The position numbers and the translations under genes are program-made. From positions 663,598 to 727,597 of the forward strand of contig NIVC01000376.1 of assembly GCA_002269645.1 (NCBI GenBank): a DNA stretch of 64,000 nucleotides, read 5' to 3'. Within the stretch, counting starts at the first letter, position 1; each line of letters opens with the position of its first letter. Under the pieces are notes generated by a model. It was not told where the DNA came from. It saw only the letters and a program-made list of their open reading frames with translations, and ran no database searches. This DNA comes from Macrostomum lignano. Taxonomy: Eukaryota. This document shows positions 29,600 to 42,685 of this stretch, piece by piece.

Positions 29600-32500
29600 A
29601 TGACGTCTGGAGGACTGACCTGCTGCAGATGGCTCTGCTGCGTGTTTGTCGTTTTTGTCAACGTTATCAGCATTGTGAGTTTCTGCTGAGCATCTGATGT
29701 TATAAAGTATAAAGTCTATGTTTAAAGCAGTCTGCACCATAGGATCTGTGTGAGGTGAAGCAGTCTGCACCATAGGATCTGTGTGAGATAAAGCAGTCTG
29801 CACCATAGAATCTGTGTGAGGTAAAGCAGTCTGCCCCATAGGATCTGTGTGAGGCAAAGCAGTCTGCACCATAGGATCTGTGGGAGGTGAAGCAGTCTGC
29901 ACTATAGGATCTGTGTGAGGTAAAGCAGTCTGCACCATAGGATCTGTGTGAGGTGAAGCAGTCTGCACCATAGGATCTGTGTGAGATAAAGCAGTCTGCA
30001 CCATAGGATCTGTGTGAGGTAAAGCAGTCTGCACCATAGGATCTGTGTGAGGTGAAGCAGTCTGCACCATAGGATCTGTGTGAGGTGAAGCAGTCTGCAC
30101 CATAGGATCTGTGTGAGGTGAAGCAGTCTGCACCATAGGATCTGTGTGAGATAATGCAGTCTGCACCATAGGATCTGTGTGAGGTGAAGCAGTCTGCACC
30201 ATAGGATCTGTGTGAGGCAAAGCAGTCTGCACCATAGGATCTGTGTGAGGTAAAGCAGTCTGCACCATAGGATCTGTGGGAGGCAAAGCAGTCTGCACCA
30301 TAGGATCTGTGTGAGGTAAAGCAGTCTGCACCATAGGGTCTGTGTGAGGTGAAGCAGTCTGCACCATAGGATCTGTGTGAGGCAAAGCAGTCTGCACCAT
30401 AGGATCTGTGTGAGGTAAAGCAGTCTGCACCATAGGATCTGTGTGAGGCAAAGCAGTCTGCATTTGTTTAGCTTGAAGTTTATAGTAGTTTGCAGAATAC
30501 TTTTTCAGTAGTAAACTTAAGTCAGCAGTTAGCCGCTTAAAAAAGCCACGATCAATAAATATGATATTCAAGGTAAGCAAAATTTTATTACTTGATTGAC
30601 ACCCGCAGCTGCTGGGACTTCTTCTGGCCGTCCTGGGCGCCATCCTGCTCTGGGGCTACGCTGTGATTCAAAGCGTGGCCTCATCCTACATTGCGAGCCT
30701 CAGCGCCGGCTTTAAGACGACATTTGGCACTGAAATCAACTTTCAGGCCTACATTGAAGGCATGGCCAATATCACTGGCTCGGCGGCTGGAATCCTCATC
30801 GGCTTTGGAGTGCTGCTCATCATTGTGAGCTGCATTGGCTGCTTTGGAGTCTGCCTTGGCCACAAGATCTGCCTCATCATCGTGCGTTTTAGTGCTTATA
30901 TATCGCTCAATAGTAGCTGGAATAGTAGCTAGACTATTAGCTACACTATTAGCTAGACTAGTAGCTAGACTAGTAGCTAGAATAGTAGCTAGACTAGTAG
31001 CTAGAATAGTAGCTAGACTAGTAGCTAGACTAGTAGACTAGTAGCTAGACTAGTAGACTAGTAGCTAGACTAATAGCTAGACAAGTAGCTAGACTAGTAG
31101 TTAGACTAGTAGCTAGACTAGTAGCTAGACTAGTAGACTAGTAGTTAGACTAGTAGCTAGACTAATAGCTAGACAAGTAGCTAGACTAGTAGTTAGACTA
31201 GTAGCTAGACAATTGGTATCGCTAAAAATAAAAGCCAGTATTCTCAGAAATGTTCCCAGCGACAGAAAGGCATTTAACCCTCGAATTCCCACCGCCCCTC
31301 CGCAGTACATGGTCTGCGTGGCCCTGCTGCTCATCGGTCAGCTCATTGTCGTCATCATTTGGTTCGCCGACAGCAACATCGTAAGTTTTGTTGTATTCTT
31401 TGAAAAACATCAGATCGAAGGCGACTTTAGCTGAGGCGTCTTTGAATGTTTTGAAGGCTGTCTTTGCGCAAAGCATGCAGTACACAACAAAAATAGCAAG
31501 TTCTCATTTTTTATTTCAGCACAAAACGCAAATGTTTTTGCGGCAAATCATATCGGCGTACTTTTTGCGCGAAGTCGAACTGAACTTTACAGGCTTTCTA
31601 AGAAGCAAAGATTCTTTCGAATTTCTTTGAATTCAAAAATACCTAAATAACTGGCGTACTACTTATAGTAGACTTAGAAGTTGGGGTGTAAAAATCTCGA
31701 ATGCAATTGTTGACAACTGGTGACCTCAACTCTTGCAGATGAAGAAAAGTGTCCGGACCACAATGGACAGACAGGTGGAGGTGTACACTGGCGAGAGAAA
31801 TTCCAACTTTGAAACCATCACGCTGAACCTGCTGCAGACCCTGGTGGGATGCTGCGGTGTCAATAACGGATCCGATTTCAACTTTAGCAAGGACTGGAAC
31901 AGAACTTTCACCATCACGGACAAGAATGACAACACGTCCAGTGTTACATTTAGTAAGTAAAATGAAGTTCCGAAGAGTCACCTGTAGGCTATAAAAATGA
32001 AGCATGGAAATCTAAATTATAGTGGAGGTTGTCAGTTGGCTCTGAAGGATGCAGGACAATCTTTCTGAAGAATCGAGGGTGGCGAGAGTTTTCTATCTTA
32101 CTTACTTGACTCAGCTGCGGGGGTTCCGGGCATCCGGATGCAGCGAGGAGGCTTCGCCGCCCATTCCGCAAACCACTGGCGACTACGGGCAGCTGGTGCT
32201 GCGGGTATTGCTCAGGGAGTTCCGGTGGTGCCGGTGTCCGCAGCGCGGTCCCCCTCCGGAGAGTCCAGGAGGTGGATGGTCGCTCGCCTGGTAGCCCTTA
32301 GGTAGCGGACGAGCTGGCTGAGATTCTGGGGCCTGAAAACATCGGAGAGGTCCGGGTTTGAACCGAGGTGGGTGAGCCTGTCCTGAGTAGAGGCGTGGCA
32401 TTCACATATGAAATGCTCTGGATTCTCGACACCGGAGAGGCAGAATGGGCATTCCTTGCTACGGATTTTTCCCAGGAGGTGGCGATGCCTGGCAAAACAG

Positions 32501-34345
32501 CCATGTCCCGAGCGGGCCATGGTGACCGCCCTGATGTCCCTGTGGTTGAGACCAAGCAGGGCCCTGCGGAGGGCGGGGAAGGGGCAGTCGAGGGCGTTAG
32601 CCCACCTCTCCCTGTGCTTAGAAAAGTTTTCTATCAGATAAATTTCAAATAATTCATCATCAATATTCGTTGCGTCTACTTGCAGACCTGACTTACCCGG
32701 TGACCTGCTGCAAGTTCAACACAACTTCGTTCACCCTGCAAGACCAGTACTGCCCCTACAACGGCACCACTGCCACGAGCAACTACGAAGTCGGCTGTTA
32801 TAACAAGGTGTTCCAATTGGTTGAAACCTACGCCAGTTTGAACGACTTCTTCTATGCTCTGGCAGGTCTTCTCGGTCTGGAGGTGAGCGTGGATTCTTTA
32901 TATGGGACGATTGTCGTAAAGTCATTGGAGCGGATTGTGGCAAATTTTCGGGGTAGATTGTGACAGATTCTCGGGACGGATTGTGGCAGATTCCCGGGAT
33001 GGACTGTGACAGATTCTCGGGACGGATTGTGGCAGATTCCCGGGATGGATTGTGGCAGATTCTTGGGATGGATTGTGGCAGATTCCCGGGATGGATTGTG
33101 GCAGATTCTCATGACGGATTGTGGCAGATTCTCGGGGCGGATTGTGGCAGATTCTTGAGACAGATTGTAGCAGATTCTTGAGACAGATTGTGACAAGATT
33201 CTTGAGAAGGATGTGGCAGATTCTCAGGATTGTGGCAGATTCTCATTGCAAATTGGGACAGATTCTCGGGGCGGATTGTGGCAGATTCTCATTGCAAATT
33301 GGGACAGATTCTCGGGGCGGATTGTGGCAGATTCTTGGGATGGATTGTGGCAGATTCTCATTGCAAATTGGGGCAGATTCTTGGGGCGGATTGTGGCAGA
33401 TTCTCATTGCAACTTGGGGCAGATTCTCGGGGCGGATTGTGGCAGATTCTTGGGACGGATTTTGGCAGATTCTCGGGACGGATTGGGGCAGATTCTCGGG
33501 ACGGATTGGGGCAGATTCTCGGGACGGATTGGGACAGATTCTCGGGACGGATTGGGGCAGATTCTCGGGACGGATTGGGACAGATTCTCGGGATGGATTG
33601 TGTCAGATTCTCGGGACAGATTGTGGCAGATTCTTGGGATGGATTGTGGCAGATTCTCGGGACGGATTGGGGCAGATTCTCGGGACGGATTGTGGCAGAT
33701 TCTTGGGACGGATTGTGGCAGATTCTCATTGCAAATTGGGACAGATTCTCGGGGCGGATTGTGGCAGATTCTCATTGCAAATTGGGACAGATTCTCGGGG
33801 CGGATTGTGGCAGATTCTCATTGCAAATTTGGACAGATTCTTGGGATGGATTGTGGCAGATTCTCGGGACGGATTGGGGCAGATTCTCGGGACGGATTGG
33901 GGCAGATTCTCGGGACGGATTGTGGCAGATTCTTGGGACGGATTGTGGCAGATTCTCATTGCAAATTGGGACAGATTCTCGGGGCGGATTGTGGCAGATT
34001 CTCATTGCAAATTTGGACAGATTCTTGGGATGGATTGTGGCAGATTCTCGGGACGGATTGGGGCAGATTCTCGGGACGGATTGGGGCAGATTCTCGGGAC
34101 GGATTGGGGCAGATTCTCGGGACGGATTGGGGCAGATTCTCGGGACGGATTGGGGCAGATTCTCGGGATGGATTGTGGCAGATTCTCGGGAGGGATTGGG
34201 GCAGATTTTCGGGACATGCAAATGAAATGTTTTTCAACTCCAGCTGCTACTCATCGTGGGAGCTCTGCTGGTCTACTGCGCCAAACGACAAGCGGATGAC
34301 GGCAGAAATCCAGACTCACAGTACAAGATGAACCAGATTGCGTAA
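29600..34345 (+). CDS. Tetraspanin, 6 exons, 311 aa
   Basis: Exons 29600-29674, 30609-30881, 31306-31380, 31739-31952, 32686-32882 and 34244-34345 join in frame with GT-AG boundaries. Four TM helices, IGCFG in TM2, and CCG, PVTCC and a terminal GC in the large extracellular loop. Confidence 0.95.
29726..30465. repeat. 33-bp minisatellite (aaagcagtctgcaccataggatctgtgtgaggt)n in tetraspanin intron 1
   Basis: About 22 units read directly. It produces the antisense [11 protein letters not shown]-repeat ORF. Confidence 0.97.
30905..31210. repeat. 12-bp repeat (tagtagctagac)n in tetraspanin intron 2
   Basis: Direct reading. Confidence 0.95.
32090..32620 (-). mobile_element. 3' fragment of a LINE related to the element at 5800-7225, in tetraspanin intron 4
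   Basis: Encodes GHGCFARH...[18 protein letters not shown]...[11 protein letters not shown], homologous to GYGCFARH...HFVCQCP...LVRFLRATRRA. It ends in a short taag-type tail. Confidence 0.88.
32930..34215. repeat. 23-bp minisatellite (ggattgtggcagattctcgggac, plus a ctcattgcaaatt variant) filling tetraspanin intron 5
   Basis: Direct reading. It runs from about 50 bp after the donor to about 30 bp before the acceptor. Confidence 0.97.
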
Positions 34346-35169
34346 CTCTGCTGAGTAGGGAATCGCCATAGCAACCAACCGGACAGCTAATCTCGAAACA
34401 TGCAACAGCGGCCGTGGAAGTTCGCCACGTTTCGTGAATAGAACTGAGCTAAACATTTTAAAGATATTGGCACTGTACACTCAAACATTGAATAGGCTCA
34501 TTTCCTCGTATTGTAATTTAAAGGCACACAATTATAAATTAGAATTTATCCATAAGCACTATTAAGATCTCGTAACGATAACGTTTGAGTGCGATTTTTA
34601 AAATAGCTTTTTTCTAGGTTTATAATCGACACTCGATTTATTTAATGTGATTTTATTACATTTTGGCTAAACCGAGGAGGTTATTGCTGCTCATATTAGT
34701 AGTCAGTATTTGAGTTTTGAATCTGGTTGAAAATTGGGACATTTTAGTTGAAAAAATCTAAGTAGAAAATGGTGCGCAGGATTCGCTGTTTTTTTACAAA
34801 ACTTTATCATGCTCATTTTGAATATCGTCACACTGTCTCATTATTCCTCTGAGTACAACATTCACTATTTTTTCATGATGCTATAAATTCGTTGATAAAT
34901 TTATCTACCTGCCCTGTTTCCTGTGTGAAAAAAATATTCTTTTTGTTTTATCGTTTTATTTGCAACTCGCGATCTCGGAAAAATAAATTTGAAACCTGTT
35001 TTTTGATTAAACCTATAGGTTTGCCTCGTTTTTTTAACAAAACGCTCGAAATATATCTTTTCTTTGATGACCTTTTTAGAGTCTATTCAAGTTTGAAAAG
35101 TTTTCAAAACTATATAAAAATATTACTGTATAAAATTAGTATAGGTATAAGTATATAAGAAAATAATTT

Positions 35170-35400
35170 GGAACAACAGCACAATAATAATAACAATAAT
35201 AATAACAATAATAATGATATTATTAATATTTAAAACAACAACAACAACAACGGCAAAAACTAAAACAACAATAATGACAACAATAACAACAGCAACAAAA
35301 ATAACAACAGCAACAACAATAACAACAAAAACAATAATAACAACAATAACAACAGCAACAAGAATAATAGCAACAACAATAGCAACAGCAACAACAACTG
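35170..35400. repeat. Compound (AAC/AAT/AGC)n trinucleotide tract abutting the 5' end of the LINE
   Basis: Direct reading. Confidence 0.95.
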
Positions 35401-38400
35401 CTGGAATCGACCACAGAGAGAATCCCAGTATCGAGCAATGGCTGAAGCCGCATGCCAGAGAGATCATTCTGGGCTACTTCAACCTACACCACCCCAAATG
35501 GGGTAGCCAGCCAGATCAAGGACCGGAAAGCACTGCTCAAGCTCACGCCCTGCTGCAGTGGTGTGATGCCTTCGACTACACCATTCTTAATTCGGGCGAA
35601 CCTACCTGCCTCGACCGCAGAAGCGGAGGCGAAAGTGTGCCGGACATCAGCCTGGCCACCACCAATATCGCTGATAAATGCTTCTGGGAAGCCCTCAGCG
35701 AACTCGGCTCCGACCACAAACCTATTCTTCTCAGCCTTCAAGAGGACTGCAGTGTCGTGAAAACCGTGCCGCGCTTTACTTGGTCCTGGAAGAAAGCTGA
35801 CTGGACCAGCTACCAAAACCACCTGCTGAGCAGGAGCGGCAACCTTAACAGAGGCACTATCAAACAACAAATCAAAAGTCTCACCGATACCATCATCAAA
35901 GCCGCGGAAGGCAGTATCCTCAAAAAGAAGATCTCCAGAGCCAATAAGCCCTACTGGGACGCCCAGCTTGAGGAACTGCGGGATGAGAGAAATGCGATCA
36001 GGAGAACAGGAGGTAACCACCAAGAGCTGAAGACCAAAAACTCCGAACTTCACAAACTGTGTGCCGAGAAGAAAGCTGAGTTCTGGAAAGAATATGTGAA
36101 CTCGCTGCATAACTACTCGGATGTCAAAAGAGTCTGGCAGACCATCAAGACCCTCAGCACTGGAGAGAAAAGCAACGCCCGTAACGAAGTGCTAAATGCC
36201 TACGGGAAAGAGTGTCGCACAGACCGCGAGAAAGCTGACGCATTCGGAAGACATTATGCCAGCATCAGTAAACTGCAGCACAAGGGAGATGACCGGCGAT
36301 TCAAAGTCCACACTGCCAAACGGCTCAAGGAATATGAAACCTACGACGCGTACGGAAACAACTTTACTCAGGGCGAACTGCAAAGGGGTCTGGATCGACT
36401 GGAGACCGATAAAAAATGTGGACCAGACAGGATCGAGGTAGCCTTTTTTAAGCATCTTCCCGACTCGTGGTGGGCCGCCTGGCTTACGGTCTTTAACCGG
36501 TTTGGCGCCTGGGCCACTGCCCGGGAATTTGGAAAAAGGCCGTCATTATCCCTCTCCTCAAGGATGGTAAAGACCCTAAGGACTGTGCCAGCTTCCGGCC
36601 AGTCAGCCTGACCTCCATCTGTGTCAAAATCATGGAGCGCATGGTCCTGGATCGGCGTCTTCATTGGATGGAAAACAACAAGATCCTACAACCATTCTTT
36701 CAAAGAAGAAGGGGCTGCGAGGAACAAGTGGCTAGACTTGTGCAGGAAATTCAAAACGGATGGGAAGCCCGCAGACATCTTAAAATCATCGCTGTTACTC
36801 TCGATTGCTCCAAAGCTTTCGACCGGGTTTGGAGAACGCTTCTGATTGCCATCCTCATGGACCAGAAGGTGCCATCTCGAATGGTACACTGGTTTGCCAG
36901 TTTTCTCGAGGGTCGGCAAATCGCTGTCAGAGTCGGTGACACGCTTGGTAAATGGAGACCTCTGTGCGAAGGAGTTCCACAGGGAGCTGTCAGTTTGCCT
37001 GTTCTCTTTTTGCTCTACATCAATGTCTGGAAAGACTGGCTGGTGCCCCACATCAACTATGGAGGCTTCGCGGATGACCTCAGCATCTGGGCCTCAGACG
37101 CCGACCTCGGCGTCGTCAAGGAACGCATACAAGAAGCTCTCCACAAAATAGAGGAATGGGCCAGCCACCTTCGCATCGAGATCAATCCTAGTAAAACCGA
37201 GAGCTGCCTATTCTCGCGTGATCCCAGAGACAAAAACTGACAACTCGATCTCAGCATCCTCAACCAAAGAATCCCTACTAACAAGACCATCAAATACGAG
37301 TACATGGAAGTCTGGATCGATCAGGACTTGCTGTTTCGAACTCACTGCGATTCTGTGATTGCTAACATCAAAAGAAGAACAGCTGTCATTCGGGCTTTGT
37401 TCAATCGTGAATGGGGATGGAGTCTCCCTGCTCTGAGGAGCGTCTACAAAGCCGTTGTTGAGGCAGTTGTCTGGCATGCCGCTGCTGCCTGGATGCCGTG
37501 GCTCTCCAACACCCGCCTCGACGCCCTTGATCGAGCCCAAAAAGAGGCCTTACGGCTGCTGACCGGATTGCCCAAGTCTACCCATCCACCTCGAAGCGGG
37601 ATGCGAGCCAATCAGCATCGAAGCCAAAAGGTGTGTACTCCTCTCAGTTGAGAAAGCCCTGAGAAGACCACCCGAGGACCCTTGGCGTCAAGTCTGCGAA
37701 AGGAACACCAACATCAGACTCAAGGCCAATCGCGGACTTCGGGAACAAGCCAACAACATTCTTAGACACCTGCTCCCTGACGTTCGCAGGCCATGCGATT
37801 GGACGCGCCTGGAATCGTGGCGGAACCTCAAGGAGTTGGGAGTCCATCTTCACCTGCAACTGATCGATCAGCTGGACATCAACCAACAGACCAACATCCG
37901 CAAGACCATCGACAGGCATCAAGTTGAGTGCACCTACTTCACGGACCGCAGAGGTTGCGAGAATGGCGGCTCCGCGTGGATCCTGCTGGACGCCTACTCG
38001 GGTAGGACGCCTACCCAATCCGTACTGGAAGACAGCCCGCGGGTAGGCGGTGCAACTCGTTCGAATCTGAGCTTATCGCTCTCCTGCATTTTCTGGCCGG
38101 GCTCCGCCTGCATTTTCACCGATAGCCAATCAGCCGTGAGAGCTCTGTGTTCCGATCAGCCGACCATGAACCCGCTGCTCAGGGGGCCATAGCCCAGCGG
38201 TAGCGCAGCTGCTCTGGTGTGCCAGCGACCCAGGCTCGATTCCAAGTGCAGTCACATTAATTTGGGGCTAAATTGGAATCTCGGCTTGGCTCTGCTCGTG
38301 CAATTAACGGCCTTGAGAGCCAACCCCCAAGGCGCAGTGAAGTGTACATGCCTAACGATAAAATAAAGTTAGGGCCGCTGTACACTCCTGTGTGAGTGTG

Positions 38401-39070
38401 TGCCTGCGTACGTATCCGCGCGCTTGTATGCCTGCTCAGGGGAGTCGGCGGAATGGGCAGTAATGCCTCTCGCCGGTTGTGTGCCTATGTCGCTTAAAGT
38501 GCGCCAGGGTGCACACAACCCCCTGCCTCTAATAAAAAAACCCGCTGCTCGAAGAGCTCAAAAGGTGCCTCTGTGCTGCAGCCGCCACCACCAATCTAGC
38601 CATTTAATGGATTCCTGGACACTCTGGTACCCTGGGAAACGACCTCGTTGACCTAGAGGCCAAAACAGCCGCTAACATGAACCAGGACCTCATTCCAGTC
38701 ACCCTTGAGGCTGCCAAAAGCATGATCAAGAGGACCATACGCTACGAGCCGGCGCTCAGTGGCCACCTGCAAGAGATCTACAAGGATGGAATCACGCACT
38801 TTCACGGTACCAGGTCTCAACAGGTGTTGGTCTCGCAAACCCGGGTCGGCCACTGCCCAGCTTCTACGTACTACCGTAAGCGCATCGGTACCTCCGATTT
38901 GGACGACTGCAGATGTGCCATGACGACCGATCAATTCCACATCCTCCACTGCCCTTCCCTCAAAGTCTGTAGACGTACTATCGGTATCAGCAGTTTGAAT
39001 GACCTCGCCAACGGTCAATTGGTGGCGCGACTGCTGGGAGAGATCAACTGGATCCCTCTCTAGTAGTCAC
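35400..39070 (+). mobile_element. Inactive I-group LINE (APE, RT, RNase H, CCHC), 5'-truncated and interrupted by a SINE
   Basis: APE motifs FNLHHPKWG, PDISLA and SDHKPI. RT motifs LDCSKAFDRV, GVPQGAV and FADDLSIW. RNase H motifs FTDSQSA and WIPGHSG..GND. Terminal CRC...HILHCP knuckle. Several frameshifts and stops. Confidence 0.93.
38181..38540 (+). mobile_element. Full-length tRNA-derived SINE (family 2) with a 12-bp target-site duplication
   Basis: A box TAGCCCAGCGG (38190-38200), B box GGCTCGATTCC (38233-38243) and an A-rich end. TSD aacccgctgctc at 38169-38180 and 38539-38550. Removing the insert restores the LINE RNase H frame. Confidence 0.93.
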
Positions 39071-39074
39071 ATTC

Positions 39075-39672
39075 CGCAACCAACAACAACAACAGCAACA
39101 ACAACAATAACAACAGCAACAACAATAAAAACAGCAATAACAATACCAACAGAAACAATAATAACAACAATAAAAACAATAACAACAGCAACAACAATAA
39201 AAACAGCAACAACAATAACAACAGAAGCAATAATAACAAAAATAACAACAATAACAACAGCAACAACAATAACAACAGCAACAACAATAACAACAACAAA
39301 AAGTAACAACAATAACAACAACAAAAAGTAACAACAATAACAGCAGCAACAACAATAACAACAGAAACAACAATAACAACAGAAACAACAATAACAACAG
39401 AAACAATAATAACAACTATAAAAACAATAACAACAGCAAAAACAATAACAGCAGCAACAGCAATAACAACAGAAACAACAATAACAACAGCAACAACAAT
39501 AACAACAGCAACAACAATAGCAACAACAAAAAGTAACAACAATAACAACAGCAACAACAATAGCAACAACAAAAAGTAACAACAATAACAACAGCAACAA
39601 CAATAACAACAACAAAAAGTAACAAAAATAACAACAGCAACAACAAAAAGTAACAACAATAACAACAACAAT
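39075..39672. repeat. Compound (AAC/AAT/AGC)n tract at the LINE 3' end
   Basis: It starts about 12 bp after the LINE stop codon and has the same unit types as 35170-35400. Confidence 0.95.
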
Positions 39673-40146
39673 CACAAAATACGCAGTCCCCAGAGTCAAT
39701 GGAGAGTCAGTTGGAGAGACAGAGTCAGTTGGCGCGCCGAACAAAGTCCGGCCTATTAATGGTGTCGGGCGCATTTGCGTCGCTCAGGATACAGTACGCG
39801 TATCTTCGGGTCTTCGCCTGACCCTCCATGAACGGTCCCGGCATAGTGAGCCGAAAAGAGCCGAAATTTCTCTTGCGATGATTTCATGAGTGAGAACTCA
39901 TAGTCCTGCTTGAGACAAGCATGACTTCTCATGCTTTGCATTTGCCATTTCTTGGGGTCAGAGCTATCTGATGACTGAAAATGCAAATTCAAAGTGCAAC
40001 CAGTCCAAAAACGAATCCTATAAGTACTCATTAAATAACTCATTAAATAACGCCGGAGTGGTAAGCCTGATCTCAACAAGGAAAGACTCATTTTTAAGCT
40101 GAACATTTTAAAAAAAATCTCATTAGAAGCCTAGCAATTTTCCGAC

Positions 40147-40388
40147 GAATATTTGAAATTTTGATGTAGGAACTTCTGACACGCTGTGAAATCAGAATTT
40201 TGAAATTTTGATGTAGGAACTTCTGACACGCTGTGAAATCAGAATTTTGAAATTTTGATGTAGGAACTTCTGACACGCTGTGAAATCAGAATTTTGAAAT
40301 TTTGATGTAGGAACTTTTGACACGCTGTGAAATCAGAATTTTGAAATTTTGATGTAGGAACTTTTGACACGCTGTGAAATCAGAATTT
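40147..40388. repeat. 47-bp tandem repeat, 5 near-identical copies
   Basis: gtaggaact recurs at 40166, 40213, 40260, 40307 and 40354. There are no spacers. Confidence 0.97.
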
Positions 40389-42509
40389 TTTAGAAACGAT
40401 AATATTGAAATTGTGATGCAGAAAAAAACATTATTCCTAACTAAATTTTAGAAACACTTACTTCTCTAGACAGAAAACAGTTGTGTCAATGGTGGTGCAT
40501 TCTTGTAAATAAATAAGAATGAGATGATTGTCCAAAGGCTCCTAACTGAGCCGCAACAAAGAAAAAACAGAGTATCGCCCTCTGGCACCCAGCTGGTCTA
40601 TTTATAGACTATGCTCAAAAAGGGGTGGCCCAAAGAAAAGTCCACCGTCACAAATGGTTAGACCATTTCGACAAGAAATAGATATCTTCTTTCTTTTGAA
40701 AAGCATGGATTATCCTATCTACTTAGAGCCATTTCCCTCGCTCTAATGGGAGAATAATTTTTCTATAGAACCACAAAATCAGCCTGCTCTCAGCTGACTG
40801 ACTGTAAAATGCAGAAGAATGATAAATTGAAAAGGGCACTTTTTAATAAAATGAAAATCATCGAGCCATTTGGAAACATCTCTGCGCTGTCTGATGCAAT
40901 ATTAAAAGGGACATGCGCCTACTTAGTGAGGCCGCAGCCTCGCATATACTTTCTAGTTGGCAAAGAATATCTTTTCTGGACGAAATTCAGCCTCTCTGCA
41001 CGCCAAAGTAGGTCACGCACTCATTTACACTGAATTCTGGGCTTGTGCAGCTCCCTCATCACAATACGGACGGGCACTTTGAGTCGTGCTTTGGTGAGTG
41101 ATCCACAGAGAGGAATCTGTAGGCCTCTAAATCCTTTACTATAGCTACGACTAAGGATTGACTGACCAAGACCGATAGGCTTTATCAGGTTTTTCATCGG
41201 CCAACTCCTAATAAAGCAGGCGGGCGACTAGCGCACAGCGGTAATAAAATATCAGTTTTGCGGTCTTGTCAACAACATCTATTCATGCATTGCCTCGGGC
41301 ATTGCCTTGAAAGAGACCCTTGCCTCTAGTTGCTTGACGATGTTCTTGCAAGTTGTTTATTGGCCTTATAATAGTAATATTTTCGTATAACTGCTGCACT
41401 TCTTATTCTGACGCTTCTAAATTACTTCTTCGGGAGAGAGCTTAAAACATTGTTTTCTGCATTCCATAAAATTATACAGTGCTAGCGTTTTTGGACCACT
41501 AGTGTATTGTGCTGTTTGCACTTTAGTGTATGTTGGTCTTTAAGACGTCCAGGCTGCCCCCTTTTATGTATGCTCCAGCCTATCAGGACTGCCGTGTGCG
41601 GTCCGCTGATTGGCTAAGCCATTTTCAGCATGTCCGAACACCTGTTTAGTACTCGTACCAATTACCATTTTAATTGATAGTACCAGGACCGGGTTGTCAG
41701 TGGTTGGTAAAGTTCTAAAAATAGCATCATACAGTGTAACTTGTGTAAGCTACATCGCTTTTAAGAATTTTGGTTTAAGAATTCGGCCATAGACATCTGC
41801 ACAAAGGAGGCAGCAGAAGATTTGGTCTTGCTCATAGACATAGACATAGAAAAAAGGCAACCAAGTTGATAATTGGGCCATAGACATCAGCACAAAGAAG
41901 GATGCCAGTAGCAACCTCTTGATAATACACTTTCTGCTTTTCAAAACTAATATTGAATAATTATAACCGTCGCTTGCCCACTGACAGCAGACATGGCACA
42001 AAATAAATCGGACACTTGGCAACAAATTTTGCGATGCTTTAATTTTTTTTAAGCAAACCACGAGCCATCACGAGCTGGTGGAAGTATGAACCTCGTTTTA
42101 CTTATTTAGCTATCATTTTAATACGTTTATAAATGTGTAGTGTAGTGAGCCGCTAATTTAGTGTCAGGCGTCGCCCTATTGTCAGCAGTTCCCTCGCCCT
42201 CACCCTCGCCCCAGGTCGCTGTCTGCCGCTAGGCAGCCTCCCACCCCTTTTGTCTGCCTGTTTGCTGTCCCCCATTCCCCGTTTTCTTTCTGTTCTCTGC
42301 TGCCCTCTTCCCGTTTTATGCGCTCTTGTTTGCAGCCACGGGCATCTCTGTTGTGGTCTGCTCTTGTTTCGCTCCTGTCCTGAGGTCACGGCGGTGGCCT
42401 GTTTTCCCTTGACACGTGAGCTAGTCACATGACAAGCCTTGTTTTTTCTAGTTAATGTTTCGTGTTTACTGGGGAATCACGTGCCTCGGGCCCTTGCCTT
42501 CTTTAAGGT

Positions 42510-42685
42510 AAGAGGTGACTCATGTTTCTAAATATAGACACTGAGTCACACGGCCCTGTGCACTTTGCCCGGGAACCCCCGCCTTCTCTCTGGCGGAAAG
42601 TGACGTCAGTTCTAAAAATAGAGCAAGTCACGATCGGTCTCGCGCACAGAAGTGCACTGGAGGATTCCCAGGCTATAAATACGGA
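42510..42685 (+). promoter_or_regulatory. Cluster of AP-1, MEF2 and CRE consensus sites with a TATA box (possible LTR or promoter)
   Basis: TGACTCA 42516, CTAAATATAG 42528, TGAGTCA 42542, TGACGTCA 42601, CTAAAAATAG 42612 and TATAAATA 42674. Confidence 0.45.

Noticed and set aside
30573-30608. 36-nt mini-intron giving an alternative tetraspanin first exon (MIFK)
   Set aside because: The GTAAGC...CAG is plausible, but the exon at 29600-29674 supplies the expected Cys-rich start and TM1 half. It remains possible as a minor isoform.
29414-30643. 409-aa minus-strand ORF with [11 protein letters not shown] repeats
   Set aside because: It is the stop-free frame of a 33-bp intronic minisatellite, antisense to well-supported tetraspanin exons.
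33121-34331. Several 300-390 aa ORFs ([11 protein letters not shown] repeats)
   Set aside because: They are translations of the 23-bp minisatellite in tetraspanin intron 5.
40147-40388. 47-bp repeats as a CRISPR array
   Set aside because: The units are contiguous with no unique spacers, there are no cas genes and the context is eukaryotic.
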